From a virus (taxonomy: Duplodnaviria > Caudoviricetes), in IMG/VR virus record IMGVR_UViG_3300005512_000001, positions 256,001-320,000 of that record: DNA of 64,000 nucleotides. The stretch is one strand, 5' to 3'. Positions 9,363-20,644 of this stretch are shown here, in pieces. Within the stretch, counting starts at the first letter, position 1. Every line of letters starts with the position of its first letter. The position numbers and the translations under genes were made by a program. Below the pieces are notes generated by a model. The model saw only the letters and a program-made list of their open reading frames with translations. It did not search any database and was not told the origin of the DNA.

Positions 9363-10997
9363 ATGCCAAAACAATTAGTGTTTAACACACCAAAGTCTAC
9401 AGAGGCCCGCGACAAAATTAACTCTGGTATCAGTAAATTAGCAGAGGCTGTCAAGATAACTTTAGGGCCATCTGGCAGAGTTGTCATGTTTGAGCGGGAA
9501 TTTGGTGACCCTGTTATTACTAAAGATGGCGTTACTGTTGCTAAAGAAGTTGAGTTGGAAGACCGGCTTGAAAATATGGCAGCTAGTATGGTTCGACAGG
9601 CTACGGCGAAGACAGCAGCAGTCGCTGGTGATGGTACTACTACCGCCACAATATATGTCCAGGCTATATATGAATCTGGGATTAAAGGCACAGCGTCTGG
9701 TGCAAACCCACAAGAAGTTAAGCGTGGTATAGATTATGCAGCCAAGACTATAGTGGGCAAGCTACAAGAAGCATCGAAGCCGGTTGTGGATTTAGAACAA
9801 ATTCAGCAAGTCGCTATTTGTAGCTCTAACCAAGATATTGAAGTTGGGTCTATGATTACCGAAGCACTGAGGCAAGTCGGTAAAGATGGTGTGGTTACTA
9901 TCGAGGAAGGCAACGCGCTTGAGACAACAGTTAGTGTGGTTGATGGCTTGCAATTCCCAAGAGGATATGTTAGTCCACAATTCGCCACTGACCCAGAGAC
10001 ATTGGCATGTGAATATGATGACCCGAACATTGTTATCGTCAGTGATAAGCTTACTGATTTGAAGAGTGTTTTAAAACTTCTAGAAGTTACTGTCCGAGAA
10101 GGCAGTCCAGTGGTTGTTATTGCTGATGAATTTTCGGATGACGTGATTGCTGCCATGGTTCTAAATAGGATTAGGTCACAGCTAAACATCGTAGCCGTCA
10201 AAGCCCCTGGATTTGGCGATAGGAGGGTGCAAGTCCTTGAAGACCTTGCCATTGCTACTGGCGGGACTATCCTTTCAAAGGGAGGGATAGACCCATCACA
10301 AATTAAATCCTCGCATTTTGGCAAATGCAAGCGTATTAAGATTGATAGGGACTCGACAACTATCTTGGAAGGTAAGGGCGACCCAGACCAGATTGAAGCT
10401 CGCATAGAATTATTGAGGTCGCAGTTGGAGAAGGTGCCTGGGAGTTTTGATAAGGAACGGGTTCAAGAGCGATTGGCCAGGCTTACTGGCGGGGTAGCCC
10501 AAATTTCAGTTGGTGGCGCAACTGAGGTTGAGGTCAGGGAAAAGAAAGATAGAATTGATGACGCCCTGCACGCCTGCAAAGCGGCTATAGAAGAGGGGAT
10601 TCTTCCTGGTGGTGGAGTAGCAGCGGTCCATGCCGCTAAAAATGATATAGAACGTTCCGGGTTCTGTGATGATTTTAAGATTGGCATTGACATTCTGCTG
10701 CGTGCGTTAGAAGCCCCATTGAGACAGATTGCAATTAATACTGGCGAAGATGATGGTGTAGTGGCCAATAAAGTTAAGGAATCGAATGACTCGAACTATG
10801 GTTTTGATGCGGCCAATAAGAAATATGGCAATATGGTAGAATTTGGAATTATAGTTCCTACGAAGGTTGAGAGAGTTGCATTGCTGAATGCGGCTTCGGT
10901 GGCGGGGTTATTGTTAACAACTGATTGTATGATTTCGATTATTAAAGACGGTAATGAGCAGCAGCCCCAATCGCCATTCCCATCACTTGGGATGTAA
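9363..10997 (+). CDS. groEL: Chaperonin GroEL (phage-encoded)
   Basis: TLGPSGR, ITKDGVTVAKE, AGDGTTTAT, KAPGFGDRR, GILPGGG. Confidence 0.97.
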   Translation: MPKQLVFNTPKSTEARDKINSGISKLAEAVKITLGPSGRVVMFEREFGDPVITKDGVTVAKEVELEDRLENMAASMVRQATAKTAAVAGDGTTTATIYVQAIYESGIKGTASGANPQEVKRGIDYAAKTIVGKLQEASKPVVDLEQIQQVAICSSNQDIEVGSMITEALRQVGKDGVVTIEEGNALETTVSVVDGLQFPRGYVSPQFATDPETLACEYDDPNIVIVSDKLTDLKSVLKLLEVTVREGSPVVVIADEFSDDVIAAMVLNRIRSQLNIVAVKAPGFGDRRVQVLEDLAIATGGTILSKGGIDPSQIKSSHFGKCKRIKIDRDSTTILEGKGDPDQIEARIELLRSQLEKVPGSFDKERVQERLARLTGGVAQISVGGATEVEVREKKDRIDDALHACKAAIEEGILPGGGVAAVHAAKNDIERSGFCDDFKIGIDILLRALEAPLRQIAINTGEDDGVVANKVKESNDSNYGFDAANKKYGNMVEFGIIVPTKVERVALLNAASVAGLLLTTDCMISIIKDGNEQQPQSPFPSLGM

Positions 10998-11009
10998 ATT
11001 TCCTTTTAG

Positions 11010-11047
11010 TAAAGCCCTATTATTTATTGATAAATAATAGGGCTTTA
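11010..11047. terminator. AT-rich inverted repeat after groEL, likely intrinsic terminator
   Basis: TAAAGCCCTATTATTTAT-TG-ATAAATAATAGGGCTTTA perfect inverted repeat. Confidence 0.65.
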
Positions 11048-11120
11048 ATTTATTACTATTGCAAAGATAAAGTAGTACATAATGTATTAACGGACTATGC
11101 AGAAAAAGGTGGACTAATCA

Positions 11121-11600
11121 ATGGACCTAAAAGACAGGATTAATAAATGCACTGATAAAGTTAAGCGGTGTCAGGATTTTGATTCCCTCTTCATGCTGGA
11201 AGAGGATTTCAATTCGGTTGGTTTGACTTTGCGTGAGACCGTCAACCGCAAAATGGCATTATGCCGTGTTGAAGATGGGTCATTTGCATCTAATAAAATG
11301 CTTGATGATTTTATATTCGTTGGGTATGCTGATGACCCAAGGGCGTTGCTGTTGGATGAAATGCGTGGTTATATATGTGAATTTGTTGATGAGAATGCTA
11401 GTGATGAAGAACTTCGTAGTATAGCATCTAGTGCTAAGCACCAGCAGGTTGGCCTATATGGTCGGACCATAACGCAAATTGAGAATGAAGATGTACTGGA
11501 TGTTGTTCAGAGGATGGGCTTAGAATGCCCACAACTTGTAGAAGAAGGTTTGTTAGAGTCAGTCCGTAAATGGCTGGAGGATTCTAATGCCGAAATATAA
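11121..11600 (+). CDS. Hypothetical protein
   Basis: ORF with RBS; overlaps next gene. Confidence 0.6.
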   Translation: MDLKDRINKCTDKVKRCQDFDSLFMLEEDFNSVGLTLRETVNRKMALCRVEDGSFASNKMLDDFIFVGYADDPRALLLDEMRGYICEFVDENASDEELRSIASSAKHQQVGLYGRTITQIENEDVLDVVQRMGLECPQLVEEGLLESVRKWLEDSNAEI

Positions 11601-14424
11601 TTTCGAAGTACCACGCCCTCGTGGCGCTCAGCCCATTAATGACTGTCCTGTCTCTGAGTCTAATAAACCAGCATGCGCTAAAGACATTATTTTACATATG
11701 TTGCTGGCAAGGGTTGCTACAGAGGGCGGTGAGACTGTTGAGCTAAGTACCATATTTAATCCATTAATCAATGCTCTTGATATAGATGTCCCCGAAGATA
11801 TTCTGCAAGCTGTGGAGTCTATTGGTGTTGGTCCGAATCTTCAGAGATTTCTGGACTGGGTTAACCGGTCGAATCCATTCGACGACATACAATTTGCTAC
11901 TGATGCTACGCCAGAACATAGCGAGGGTTTGATATTTTATGATAACGAAGCTAAGGCTCTAGCAGTTTATAATGATGTTGCTGACATAACCCTGCAAGTT
12001 GGTCAAGAACAATGGATTGCAGTAAGAAACGAATCAGGGGCCGCTATCGAGAATGGTGCCGCTGTCTATATTTCTGGTGCATCTGGAGGCTATCCATTAA
12101 TAGATTTAGCGCAGGCTAATTCTGAAAATACAGCATTTGTGATTGGTTTGGCCACACATACTATTGCAAATAATAGCAATGGTTTTGTCACAACTAGTGG
12201 CATGGTTAATGACGTTGATACGTCTAGTTTTAGCGCTGGCGATATTTTATTCTTATCAGAAACAACTGCTGGGGGTTATCAGGCTACAAAGCCAGATATA
12301 ACAACTAGGGTTGGTACTGCTGTTACCTCATCGACGACTGGCAAAATCTTTGTTAGAGCGGTATATGCTAACTACTATACTAAAGAACAAATTGATTTGA
12401 TTATTTCAAGTATAGCGGCTGGTGGAACGACAGTTATCCCTAACCAAGTGATTGTTGCCAAGGGCGGTGGGGGTTCTGACGAGAATGTGTTTTTGTCTGT
12501 TGAGGAGGCTATTGATTTCATTGATGGCCTCGCTGGAGGCGACCAACCTGCTGCGGACAACCCATATGTTATATTAGTATCGGCTGGCTTGTATACTGAA
12601 GACAACCCTCTAGTAATACCATCTTATGTTAGTGTGCAGGGCCAAAATGATGAAGTATCAATTATACAAGCTTTAAATAATAATGACCCATTGTTTGTGG
12701 CATCTGATGAATCGCAAGTTTATAATTTAAGGATTGATGGCCCAACGAATGATGCTGGCATATTGGCACAGGGCGGGGTCGAAACTGAAATAGTGCGTGT
12801 GGCATTTAAAAATTGTTTAATTGGTTTACATGCTGATGGTGTTGGCACCCAAGCTACTATCGAAGAATCGAAATTTAAATCTACGACTACCACTGGTATG
12901 CAAGCTACTGATTCCGCATCAATCAATAGCTCGAATATACTATCTGAAGCCGCGACTACTCATTTTTATGCTAATGGAGGCAGTATTTGGATACATAATA
13001 GTGGGACTACTGGCGGCACTAATGGCTTATATGCTAATAATGGTGGCACAATAGATGTAAATCTATGCACTCTGATTGGCACAACCAATGTGGTAAGAGC
13101 CAATAATTCGAGTAATATTTCGGGGATTGCTGTTGAGTCACGTGGGGCCAGTACTTGGGATGTTTTGCAAGAGGATGCTTCAACTATTGATTTGTCATCT
13201 TGTAGATTTGTTGCTACAAAATTATCAATGTTCGATGCTGATGAATTAAAACTCAGTTTTGATAGTGATTTAGAAGGCGATGAGGGTCTTATATTATATG
13301 AAGAATTGCAGGTGGGTTCGCCAGAGATTGGGCGTGAATCTGTTTTTGGAGAAGGCGATAGTTATACTCGTGGGATGTTAGTTTACACCGAGACTGCTGG
13401 CAATGTATTTGCAGATGTAAGCACGGAAGCAGCGAGTGCTTCTGGTTCAACATTCACATTCCCTGGCGTAGCACAGAATAATGCTATTTATGTGTCTAGT
13501 GATTTGCAAGATGATACAGATTATAAACAGTTTTTGGGCATTAAAATAGCAAATACTACGGCGGCCGTATTGGGTGTCGGGTCTATCGCCACTGAATATT
13601 GGAATGGTGCAGCTTGGACAGCATTTAACGTCATGGCTGCTGATGCTGATTCTCCGTATGATGCATATGCAAATGTGTTATTTACGAGGGCTAATGCATC
13701 GGAGCAGCTTAGGTTCGATGACATTAGAACTAATTGGACTAAAAATGACCCGCCTGCCACTGGAACAAATAGGTATTGGGTCCGATTTAGAATAGCAACT
13801 GCAGTAACGACTGTGCCTGTGTTTGAGCAGTTCAAAGTCCATAGCAATAGGACAGAAATTAACGCAGATGGGTTTGTTGAATACATGGGGCTGGCCAGGA
13901 CTAGGCGTAAACTTCCTGCTGTCCATATAGGCAATAAGCAGCCACTTGTGGGGGCTTCTCCAGCCAATGAAGATGTTGATTTTGGTTCCGTAATCAATTT
14001 CTCGGTTTCGGATAATGAGTTTGCTAATGGCACAACAGATGGATTTGGACAAATGGTTGCTGTTCCAGAGGGGCTTGATACTTCATTGCCATTAGAATTT
14101 ACTGTGAGATGGGCACCAACTACTGATGCTGCGTCTGGTGATGTAGTTTTAGACCTTAAGTATGGCATTATTAAAGTTGGCACAGTTCTTGATGGTACGA
14201 ATGCAGAATTGACCGCATCCGACTTAGTAACAACTACGCTTAATACTGCTGAGCAAGTGTATGAATCTACAATATCATTTTATACGCCAACTGCTGTTCT
14301 TGGCGATACTATAGCATTAGCTCTAATCAGGCAGGCTGCTGGTTCGCCAGGCCCAACTGGCGACACTTACAATGGCAATATTTACGTCATATCTGTCTTA
14401 TTGCAAGGATATTTCTGGCATTAA
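11587..14424 (+). CDS. Virion structural/fibre protein with pectin-lyase-like beta-helix
   Basis: 945 aa, Gly/Thr/Asn-rich; SVEEAID..PYVILVSAGLYTE beta-helix lead-in; EYWNGAAWT, YWVRFR. Confidence 0.65.
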   Translation: MPKYNFEVPRPRGAQPINDCPVSESNKPACAKDIILHMLLARVATEGGETVELSTIFNPLINALDIDVPEDILQAVESIGVGPNLQRFLDWVNRSNPFDDIQFATDATPEHSEGLIFYDNEAKALAVYNDVADITLQVGQEQWIAVRNESGAAIENGAAVYISGASGGYPLIDLAQANSENTAFVIGLATHTIANNSNGFVTTSGMVNDVDTSSFSAGDILFLSETTAGGYQATKPDITTRVGTAVTSSTTGKIFVRAVYANYYTKEQIDLIISSIAAGGTTVIPNQVIVAKGGGGSDENVFLSVEEAIDFIDGLAGGDQPAADNPYVILVSAGLYTEDNPLVIPSYVSVQGQNDEVSIIQALNNNDPLFVASDESQVYNLRIDGPTNDAGILAQGGVETEIVRVAFKNCLIGLHADGVGTQATIEESKFKSTTTTGMQATDSASINSSNILSEAATTHFYANGGSIWIHNSGTTGGTNGLYANNGGTIDVNLCTLIGTTNVVRANNSSNISGIAVESRGASTWDVLQEDASTIDLSSCRFVATKLSMFDADELKLSFDSDLEGDEGLILYEELQVGSPEIGRESVFGEGDSYTRGMLVYTETAGNVFADVSTEAASASGSTFTFPGVAQNNAIYVSSDLQDDTDYKQFLGIKIANTTAAVLGVGSIATEYWNGAAWTAFNVMAADADSPYDAYANVLFTRANASEQLRFDDIRTNWTKNDPPATGTNRYWVRFRIATAVTTVPVFEQFKVHSNRTEINADGFVEYMGLARTRRKLPAVHIGNKQPLVGASPANEDVDFGSVINFSVSDNEFANGTTDGFGQMVAVPEGLDTSLPLEFTVRWAPTTDAASGDVVLDLKYGIIKVGTVLDGTNAELTASDLVTTTLNTAEQVYESTISFYTPTAVLGDTIALALIRQAAGSPGPTGDTYNGNIYVISVLLQGYFWH

Positions 14425-14744
14425 GTGTCATAGAACCGTCTTATCGCTTGCTTTATTTTTTTGATGACTAAATCAGCGTTGGTTAGCTCATATTCGCTCA
14501 GTTTCATGGCTAGGATTAGTGGGTCATCGAAATCAATAATCACTGAACAGCTTTTACTCCATGACATATCCCACGACATTTTAACTATGATGCCGCATAA
14601 TGAAAATGTTGGAATAGAGTTTGGGTCTGCTAGTTCGCCTTCTGACTTAATATTGAGCACACCTTCTTGCCAAAACCATCTGCCAGCCCATGATTCGTGT
14701 GCGACTATTGAATCAATGTTAATTATATCAATGACTTTGCACAT
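14421..14744 (-). CDS. Hypothetical protein
   Basis: ORF convergent on the fibre gene. Confidence 0.45.
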   Translation of the reverse strand: MCKVIDIINIDSIVAHESWAGRWFWQEGVLNIKSEGELADPNSIPTFSLCGIIVKMSWDMSWSKSCSVIIDFDDPLILAMKLSEYELTNADLVIKKIKQAIRRFYDT

Positions 14745-14823
14745 ATATGTAAAATACTTCTGTTACGTTATCCAATTGACATATGCAGATACTAAATTAT
14801 AGATGTGGTAATGAAAATCAAGT

Positions 14824-15093
14824 ATGAGTAAGCCATTGATAGTGAAAGAGGCTGTAGAGACTAAAGATGGCGACACTTACTATGTTGAGTGTTCGTTTGA
14901 CCTTCCTACAATTATAGGGGCGGGATACGCTCCAGATGATGTTATTGAATATGTTGTGAAAAGATGTGTTTTATTGTATCAGGCTAGAGAGACGTTGCGG
15001 GATATTGGTTTAGAGCTTGGGTGTGATTTAGAAGTTGAGGGGATAGAGTCTATTGAAGATGTAGACGAGGACGAAGACGAAGATTATGCTTGA
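14824..15093 (+). CDS. Hypothetical acidic protein
   Basis: ORF with acidic tail. Confidence 0.55.
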   Translation: MSKPLIVKEAVETKDGDTYYVECSFDLPTIIGAGYAPDDVIEYVVKRCVLLYQARETLRDIGLELGCDLEVEGIESIEDVDEDEDEDYA

Positions 15094-15518
15094 TTTCCTT
15101 CTAACTCCATGCAGAATGCCTTAATCTTCTTGAGAATATGCTCCTTGTCAGCCGATGTTAAAACCGTGAGTCTCTCTGGTAAGTCTACACTCTCAAGGAT
15201 GTATAGGGCACGGTCTTCGTCAATACCTTCCAATTCAAGATGAGTGTCAGTCAAATGCCGACACCCATACCATATTTCACCGCCATCTGTTGCGATTATT
15301 TCATCTGGCGACATAATAGTGGGATTCTTTAATATTCCGGTTGGTATTGTGTCGACACAATACTCACTAGAACTATCAAATGTAATTCTAACGAGGAAAT
15401 ATGGGTTATGCCCGGACCTTCCGACATCATCTGAAATACATCCATCTTCGATAATTACAAGTCTAAGGACTTCGGCCCGGCCTATGTTCTTTGAATTCGA
15501 TTGGCTGAATTCTATCAT
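15084..15518 (-). CDS. Hypothetical protein
   Basis: GGAGG RBS upstream on the minus strand. Confidence 0.55.
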   Translation of the reverse strand: MIEFSQSNSKNIGRAEVLRLVIIEDGCISDDVGRSGHNPYFLVRITFDSSSEYCVDTIPTGILKNPTIMSPDEIIATDGGEIWYGCRHLTDTHLELEGIDEDRALYILESVDLPERLTVLTSADKEHILKKIKAFCMELEGNQA

Positions 15519-15621
15519 TGCTGCCTCCGATGGCTAGTGTGTCGTTGAAGTTGTTGCGATAACTTCTTATATACCTCAGAGAAGAGCTTGGATTGTATAT
15601 ATAATAAGGCAAAATTATAAT

Positions 15622-15819
15622 ATGAGGAATGAATTCTCGACACGCATAGATAATATATTAAATGAATTTGGTGTTGGCCACTGGAAAGCGTGGGATGGGA
15701 AGGAACCTATCCATTCAATTGTAGACCCAAAAAGTTGGCCCAAATTTAATCAAATGGACCCTAGCACAGGGCGTAGTAAAAAACGCAAGAAAGTTAAAAG
15801 AATAGCTGGAAAATTATAA
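15622..15819 (+). CDS. Small hypothetical protein
   Basis: FSTRIDNILNE motif; adjacent to next gene. Confidence 0.55.
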   Translation: MRNEFSTRIDNILNEFGVGHWKAWDGKEPIHSIVDPKSWPKFNQMDPSTGRSKKRKKVKRIAGKL

Positions 15820-15820
15820 T

Positions 15821-17452
15821 ATGCCAATTCAAATATTGCCACAAGCTCCTTTTGACGGTCAGATTTTTGTGGATTTCCATAGGATAAAATGGAGCTATAG
15901 TGCTGAAGACTCAACTTGGAATAGGATTGGGGTTGCTACTGATGTTCCTATAGCTAGGAGTGAGGGCAATGAGTTAGGACCAACTAACGGACTGTTTAGT
16001 GCACGCGATAAGATAATGCTGGACAATCTTACCGACAAAGCTGGCGGCTTTGGATTATTACTGAAACCTGGGTATTATCTCACAGAAGATGGTGCTGCTG
16101 ATAACATTCTAACTGGTGATGTTGGGGTTGTCAGCGAGACGTTGAAATTCGACTGTACTAATATTAATAGGGTTGGCGATGGATTTGGTACAGTTCCGAC
16201 CGTAAAGGTTGGTCTTAGCCGAAACTTTTTAGAATCATACCAACTAGAAATAGTTGGGCCGACAGGGCCAAAGGGCGATAAGGGTGCGACTGGCGACGAT
16301 GGTAGACCTGGTACTGGTGACGGCCCACAAGGCGATCCAGGTACAGATGGTGCAGATGCGACTGCACATAAATTTAGCGGGATTATTTATGAAGAATTAG
16401 ATGAGATTTTTGATACTGCAGTTGTTAATTTGAGGCTAGACGCACCAAATGGAATATTAGAAGTCACTAAAGCTAAGATGGATGTGCCGGGTGATGATAA
16501 AGCCGCTTCTAGGGTTGCAGCGACTCCAGTCGTACGCGACATAGAATTTTTATCAACTGACCTTAGTAAGTGGCAATTAATAGCAAGTACAGATGACCCG
16601 GCTGCGGTTGTTGACCTTAATTTGATAAGGTTACCAAAAGGATGGACCGGTGATTCAGATAGCCCAGTCCCTGTGACACCAGTTAAATTAAGTGTGGCGG
16701 CCCAAAGTGTAATTGACCACTTCCAAACTGAGGCCAATAATATTATTGAGCAATGGGATAAAGAACTTAATGACTGGATTATTGAGCGTGATAAGGCAGC
16801 ACGTGATGTTCTACACAATTTGGCCACAGATTTGGCCGAATGTCAATTTGAACTTCCGTTGGAATTCTGCTTAGGAATCACTCCATCCGACTGTAATCCG
16901 ACTGCTTTAGGGCAGCCTATTGGTAGAGTCGGCAATGCTGCTCTAATCGTCTTTATAGATGAGACTAAGACCATTTACTATCCTGGTAATGAAACATATG
17001 GTGAGACTGGTACTGAACGATATGATAGTGATTTGACCACATTAGAAACCACTATTGCAGATAATACTGGTACTGCATGGGTCAGCACGACATTAGCGGT
17101 TTGGAAGCCCTCCCAAGACAATCACGTTATACCGCAGAGTCGCCAGCCTGATGGCTTTACAATAGTGACTATAAATAGGCCACCGACGTTTGCAGAGCTT
17201 ATAAATAATTTCACTACGTTGCAAAATCAGTTAACGATTGTTGCTGGGGTTGGCACAGAATTTGACAATATCTTCCTGCTGGTTGATAATTCTGGGTCTA
17301 TGGTAACTAACACAATTGAGCCAGGTTATAGTGCATTTGTAGCGTGGTTAGGTAATAATGCTAGCGGCAATGTGATAGAGCAAACGTTCGAGGATGAGCG
17401 TTGGCTACGATACGTTAACGAATTTTTGTTGTCACTAGCAGTTACGCCATAA
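15821..17452 (+). CDS. Virion structural protein with collagen-like G-X-Y tract and C-terminal vWA-like motif
   Basis: GPTGPKGDKGATGDDGRPG; GLFSARDKIMLD; LLVDNSGSM. Confidence 0.65.
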   Translation: MPIQILPQAPFDGQIFVDFHRIKWSYSAEDSTWNRIGVATDVPIARSEGNELGPTNGLFSARDKIMLDNLTDKAGGFGLLLKPGYYLTEDGAADNILTGDVGVVSETLKFDCTNINRVGDGFGTVPTVKVGLSRNFLESYQLEIVGPTGPKGDKGATGDDGRPGTGDGPQGDPGTDGADATAHKFSGIIYEELDEIFDTAVVNLRLDAPNGILEVTKAKMDVPGDDKAASRVAATPVVRDIEFLSTDLSKWQLIASTDDPAAVVDLNLIRLPKGWTGDSDSPVPVTPVKLSVAAQSVIDHFQTEANNIIEQWDKELNDWIIERDKAARDVLHNLATDLAECQFELPLEFCLGITPSDCNPTALGQPIGRVGNAALIVFIDETKTIYYPGNETYGETGTERYDSDLTTLETTIADNTGTAWVSTTLAVWKPSQDNHVIPQSRQPDGFTIVTINRPPTFAELINNFTTLQNQLTIVAGVGTEFDNIFLLVDNSGSMVTNTIEPGYSAFVAWLGNNASGNVIEQTFEDERWLRYVNEFLLSLAVTP

Positions 17453-17460
17453 GGTGGTAT

Positions 17461-19059
17461 ATGGATTTTCCTAAAAACCCTAGCGATGGTATGATTTTTG
17501 AGAGCACGCCTGGTGTTTATTATCAGTATAGTGCTGGTGTGGCGTCATGGTACAGAGTCTCTACACCATCTATACCATTAGCCTCGCCATTAAATGATGG
17601 CTTGATGTCGTCTGATGACTTTATCAAATTGACTGGTTTAATTATTCCTCCCCCGCAGATTGCATTAACTTTTGAAGATTGCGATGTCTCATATGACAAA
17701 GGGTTCCTTGATATTACTGGTGATGATGATGGTATTGTGCAGGTAGATGTCAATGCCGAAAATTTCCACGAGAATACTACTAAGATAGATTTCAATCTTG
17801 ATACTGAAAAATTATCGCAATATTTAGTCACACTGGGGCAATTACGCCTCACTGCTCCGCAAGGTTTACAAGGCGATAAAGGCGATTCGGGCCAAGATGG
17901 TGCTAATGCTCTTCCAACCGGCCCACAAGGCGAAGATGGTGTAGATGGTGCTAATGCACCATGGCCCGGAATTTTAGCTGAAGAAACATTCGATATAGCA
18001 CAACAAAGTCGCGCCGTAGTTGATATAGATGTAAAGAAGGTAAGCCCGGAAGAGAACTATATTGTAGTGCGTCGTGCTAATATAGGCAACCCAGATTCGT
18101 GCCCAGACACAATCTTGCCACAAGATGTGCAAAGCCCATGGATATTGGCATTTGATGCGGAGGGGTCTGTTTCAGCTACACAACTCGTAAGTCCTGTGAC
18201 AGGTGAAGTTTGTGCATGGGCATGTAGGTCTGATTTGTTTTATTTCGATATTGATATTATTCTGCAGTCAATTAAAACACACTGGACTAATTATTTAAAT
18301 AGTGTAAAGGCAGAGAAAGAGGCGCTAGCAGATACATGGTTGACAGCCATGATAGAATTATTCAATGAGCAAAAATCAGCTCTGTGCTGTGCCCTTGAAG
18401 CCTGTCGATCTCGTACTCGCAATGTGCAAACGAGGCAATATATCGAGCAGCAACGGATTCAAGCTGCACAAGGTAATTATCAATTAATCATAGGTGGTGA
18501 TGATGAAAAAGAATTTCCACCGTTAGATGCTGATGGAAATTGTACCTGGAATATCGCACCAACTAATCTTAATTTAACGCATTTATCAGACCAAGATTGT
18601 GAAGTTGATTGGACAATACTTTGCCCAGATGTTATTGGTACAAACTGGGCATCGGCGCATTCATTTAATGCTATGTCATCTGCATATACCCAAGATGTCA
18701 TAGTTACTGTTGATGGTAGTGGCGACCCAGCCGCTGTTTTATCAGCTTCTGGTGAGTACACTGATGGGACGATATTAGACAGCCCTGAACTAAAGCAATG
18801 GGTATGGTCTAATAATGATGGATGGATATTGGTAATATGGTATTGCTATAGTGATAGTAAGTATGCATCTAGGCTATATAAATCAGATGGTATTAATGCT
18901 GGCTATTGGGATTTTGGTGGCGAGCATAATGTGACACAATGTTTTATGGCTGGTGAAGTCTTAAAAATTCTAGATTTTGAGCCTGGTATGGCATTTTCTC
19001 TTAATGGCAGTAATGCATTGGCCGGTCTTAGGGCCAATATTAAAGTTTTAAGTAAATAG
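17461..19059 (+). CDS. Virion structural protein, paralog of preceding gene (collagen-like tract)
   Basis: FPKNPSDG N-terminus; GLMSSDDFIKL; GLQGDKGDSGQDG. Confidence 0.65.
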   Translation: MDFPKNPSDGMIFESTPGVYYQYSAGVASWYRVSTPSIPLASPLNDGLMSSDDFIKLTGLIIPPPQIALTFEDCDVSYDKGFLDITGDDDGIVQVDVNAENFHENTTKIDFNLDTEKLSQYLVTLGQLRLTAPQGLQGDKGDSGQDGANALPTGPQGEDGVDGANAPWPGILAEETFDIAQQSRAVVDIDVKKVSPEENYIVVRRANIGNPDSCPDTILPQDVQSPWILAFDAEGSVSATQLVSPVTGEVCAWACRSDLFYFDIDIILQSIKTHWTNYLNSVKAEKEALADTWLTAMIELFNEQKSALCCALEACRSRTRNVQTRQYIEQQRIQAAQGNYQLIIGGDDEKEFPPLDADGNCTWNIAPTNLNLTHLSDQDCEVDWTILCPDVIGTNWASAHSFNAMSSAYTQDVIVTVDGSGDPAAVLSASGEYTDGTILDSPELKQWVWSNNDGWILVIWYCYSDSKYASRLYKSDGINAGYWDFGGEHNVTQCFMAGEVLKILDFEPGMAFSLNGSNALAGLRANIKVLSK

Positions 19060-19349
19060 ATTGATGACCAATGAACTTTATTATCTTACTGCTGAAGAGA
19101 TTCGACATTATCAATATATGTTGTCGAATGGGTATGAACACAAAATTGTTGAATTAGGCAACCAAACATATATTGTATTCCCATTAATCGATAAGTCGCA
19201 CATCGGAGTCGCGTGGCCTTCTGTTACTGGTAAGATTGATGGTGTATCTATAGATAGCGACACAATGTTTCAACCTTGCATGCCGTTGCAAAATAAATTG
19301 ATGAGGCATCTGAAAGGCTCGACATTAAGAATATTGGTTTTCCCAAAAT

Positions 19350-19892
19350 ATGCAAATTAATATTGATAATTTTATGGGGCTGTTTGAACGCCGTGGATTT
19401 ATAAAATTTATGGCAATACATATGCCAGAACTATTAAAATTACACGGGAATGCTGTTGCGTCTGGTGCGAGCGTATCAGCAATGCGTAACGTGTGCCTTG
19501 AGATATATAATAAGCTTAGAGTGTCGCCTAATTGGCCAAAATTTGTGGCTATGATGGAATCGAAATTCCGAGATTCTGCTAGTGAATTATCGAATACCGC
19601 TAAAATGATGATGCCAGCGACTGAAGACAAAAATGGTGTGTTTAGTTGTTATGACCCGCAATCATTAAGGTTCCCAATGCAAATGATGTTTCGTGGCGAT
19701 ACTAAGCTATTACCCAGCGTCATAAGCGAGTTTACTTCTAATACTATAGCTGCTGAATCAGTTATTATTGGGGGCTTTGGGTATGTTGAATACATGCCAA
19801 CTAATTTTGAGGGGTTTGTTGACAATATTCCAGATAATAATTGGGAAATCCGCATATGGAAGGCCAAAAATAAACATGAGGTGAAGAAATGA
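19350..19892 (+). CDS. Hypothetical protein
   Basis: ORF in tightly packed + strand run. Confidence 0.55.
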   Translation: MQINIDNFMGLFERRGFIKFMAIHMPELLKLHGNAVASGASVSAMRNVCLEIYNKLRVSPNWPKFVAMMESKFRDSASELSNTAKMMMPATEDKNGVFSCYDPQSLRFPMQMMFRGDTKLLPSVISEFTSNTIAAESVIIGGFGYVEYMPTNFEGFVDNIPDNNWEIRIWKAKNKHEVKK

Positions 19893-20644
19893 AATTCGAC
19901 AATAAAAACGAATACTATGTGGTAAAGGGCTGGTTTGAAGACACTAATGGTTTGCATGGCAATACATTCTATGGCGCAATGGCTACATCAGACAATCCAT
20001 TAATCCCAACACGTGTGGTGGTTAATGGAGATAATGCGAGGTTGGCCAGTGAGATGGCTGCGAGGCAACCTGCGAAAGTCTTCCAGCAAGAGCTTTCAGA
20101 ATGCTATGATTCTGGTGGGTTGAACCCAAAAGAGCGAGAAGATACTGCATCCTTGTTATTAGATGACCCAGAGCAGCTACGCCAGATTCGTGCTTGGGCA
20201 GACGACGAAGGGATTAATGTATGGAGCGATGGGCGTAAATTGTTTGTGAGCTTCCATGATAGCACCGAAGATGTGGACCACAAAATAGCCAAATTAAGAG
20301 AGCTTTCCCCAAATACTGAGATAGCATGGGATTATGAAGCGGGGCCAGGTGATGAAAGTAAATGGCAGCTAGTTACGGAGATGACTGGTAGTGGCGGTAT
20401 TGCTATGGGCAATTTTGCGCTTAATGTTAGCTCGCCGACCAATACTAGCAAATTAGGGATGCCAGATAGGGGTGGGCATGGCCGCATGAAGAATTTAAAA
20501 AGTGGTAAAACCAAAGATTCTAAGCAGGTTAAAGTCGGTCGCAATATCAAAGGCGGCGGTAGGAATAAACTTACCGGATTTGGCTCTAAGGGCACATTAG
20601 GCACCATTAGCCAGAGCGGTGGTCGAAGAGGCGGTAATCAATGA
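19889..20644 (+). CDS. Hypothetical protein with Gly/Lys-rich tail
   Basis: Overlapping start/stop codons with neighbours. Confidence 0.6.
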   Translation: MKFDNKNEYYVVKGWFEDTNGLHGNTFYGAMATSDNPLIPTRVVVNGDNARLASEMAARQPAKVFQQELSECYDSGGLNPKEREDTASLLLDDPEQLRQIRAWADDEGINVWSDGRKLFVSFHDSTEDVDHKIAKLRELSPNTEIAWDYEAGPGDESKWQLVTEMTGSGGIAMGNFALNVSSPTNTSKLGMPDRGGHGRMKNLKSGKTKDSKQVKVGRNIKGGGRNKLTGFGSKGTLGTISQSGGRRGGNQ

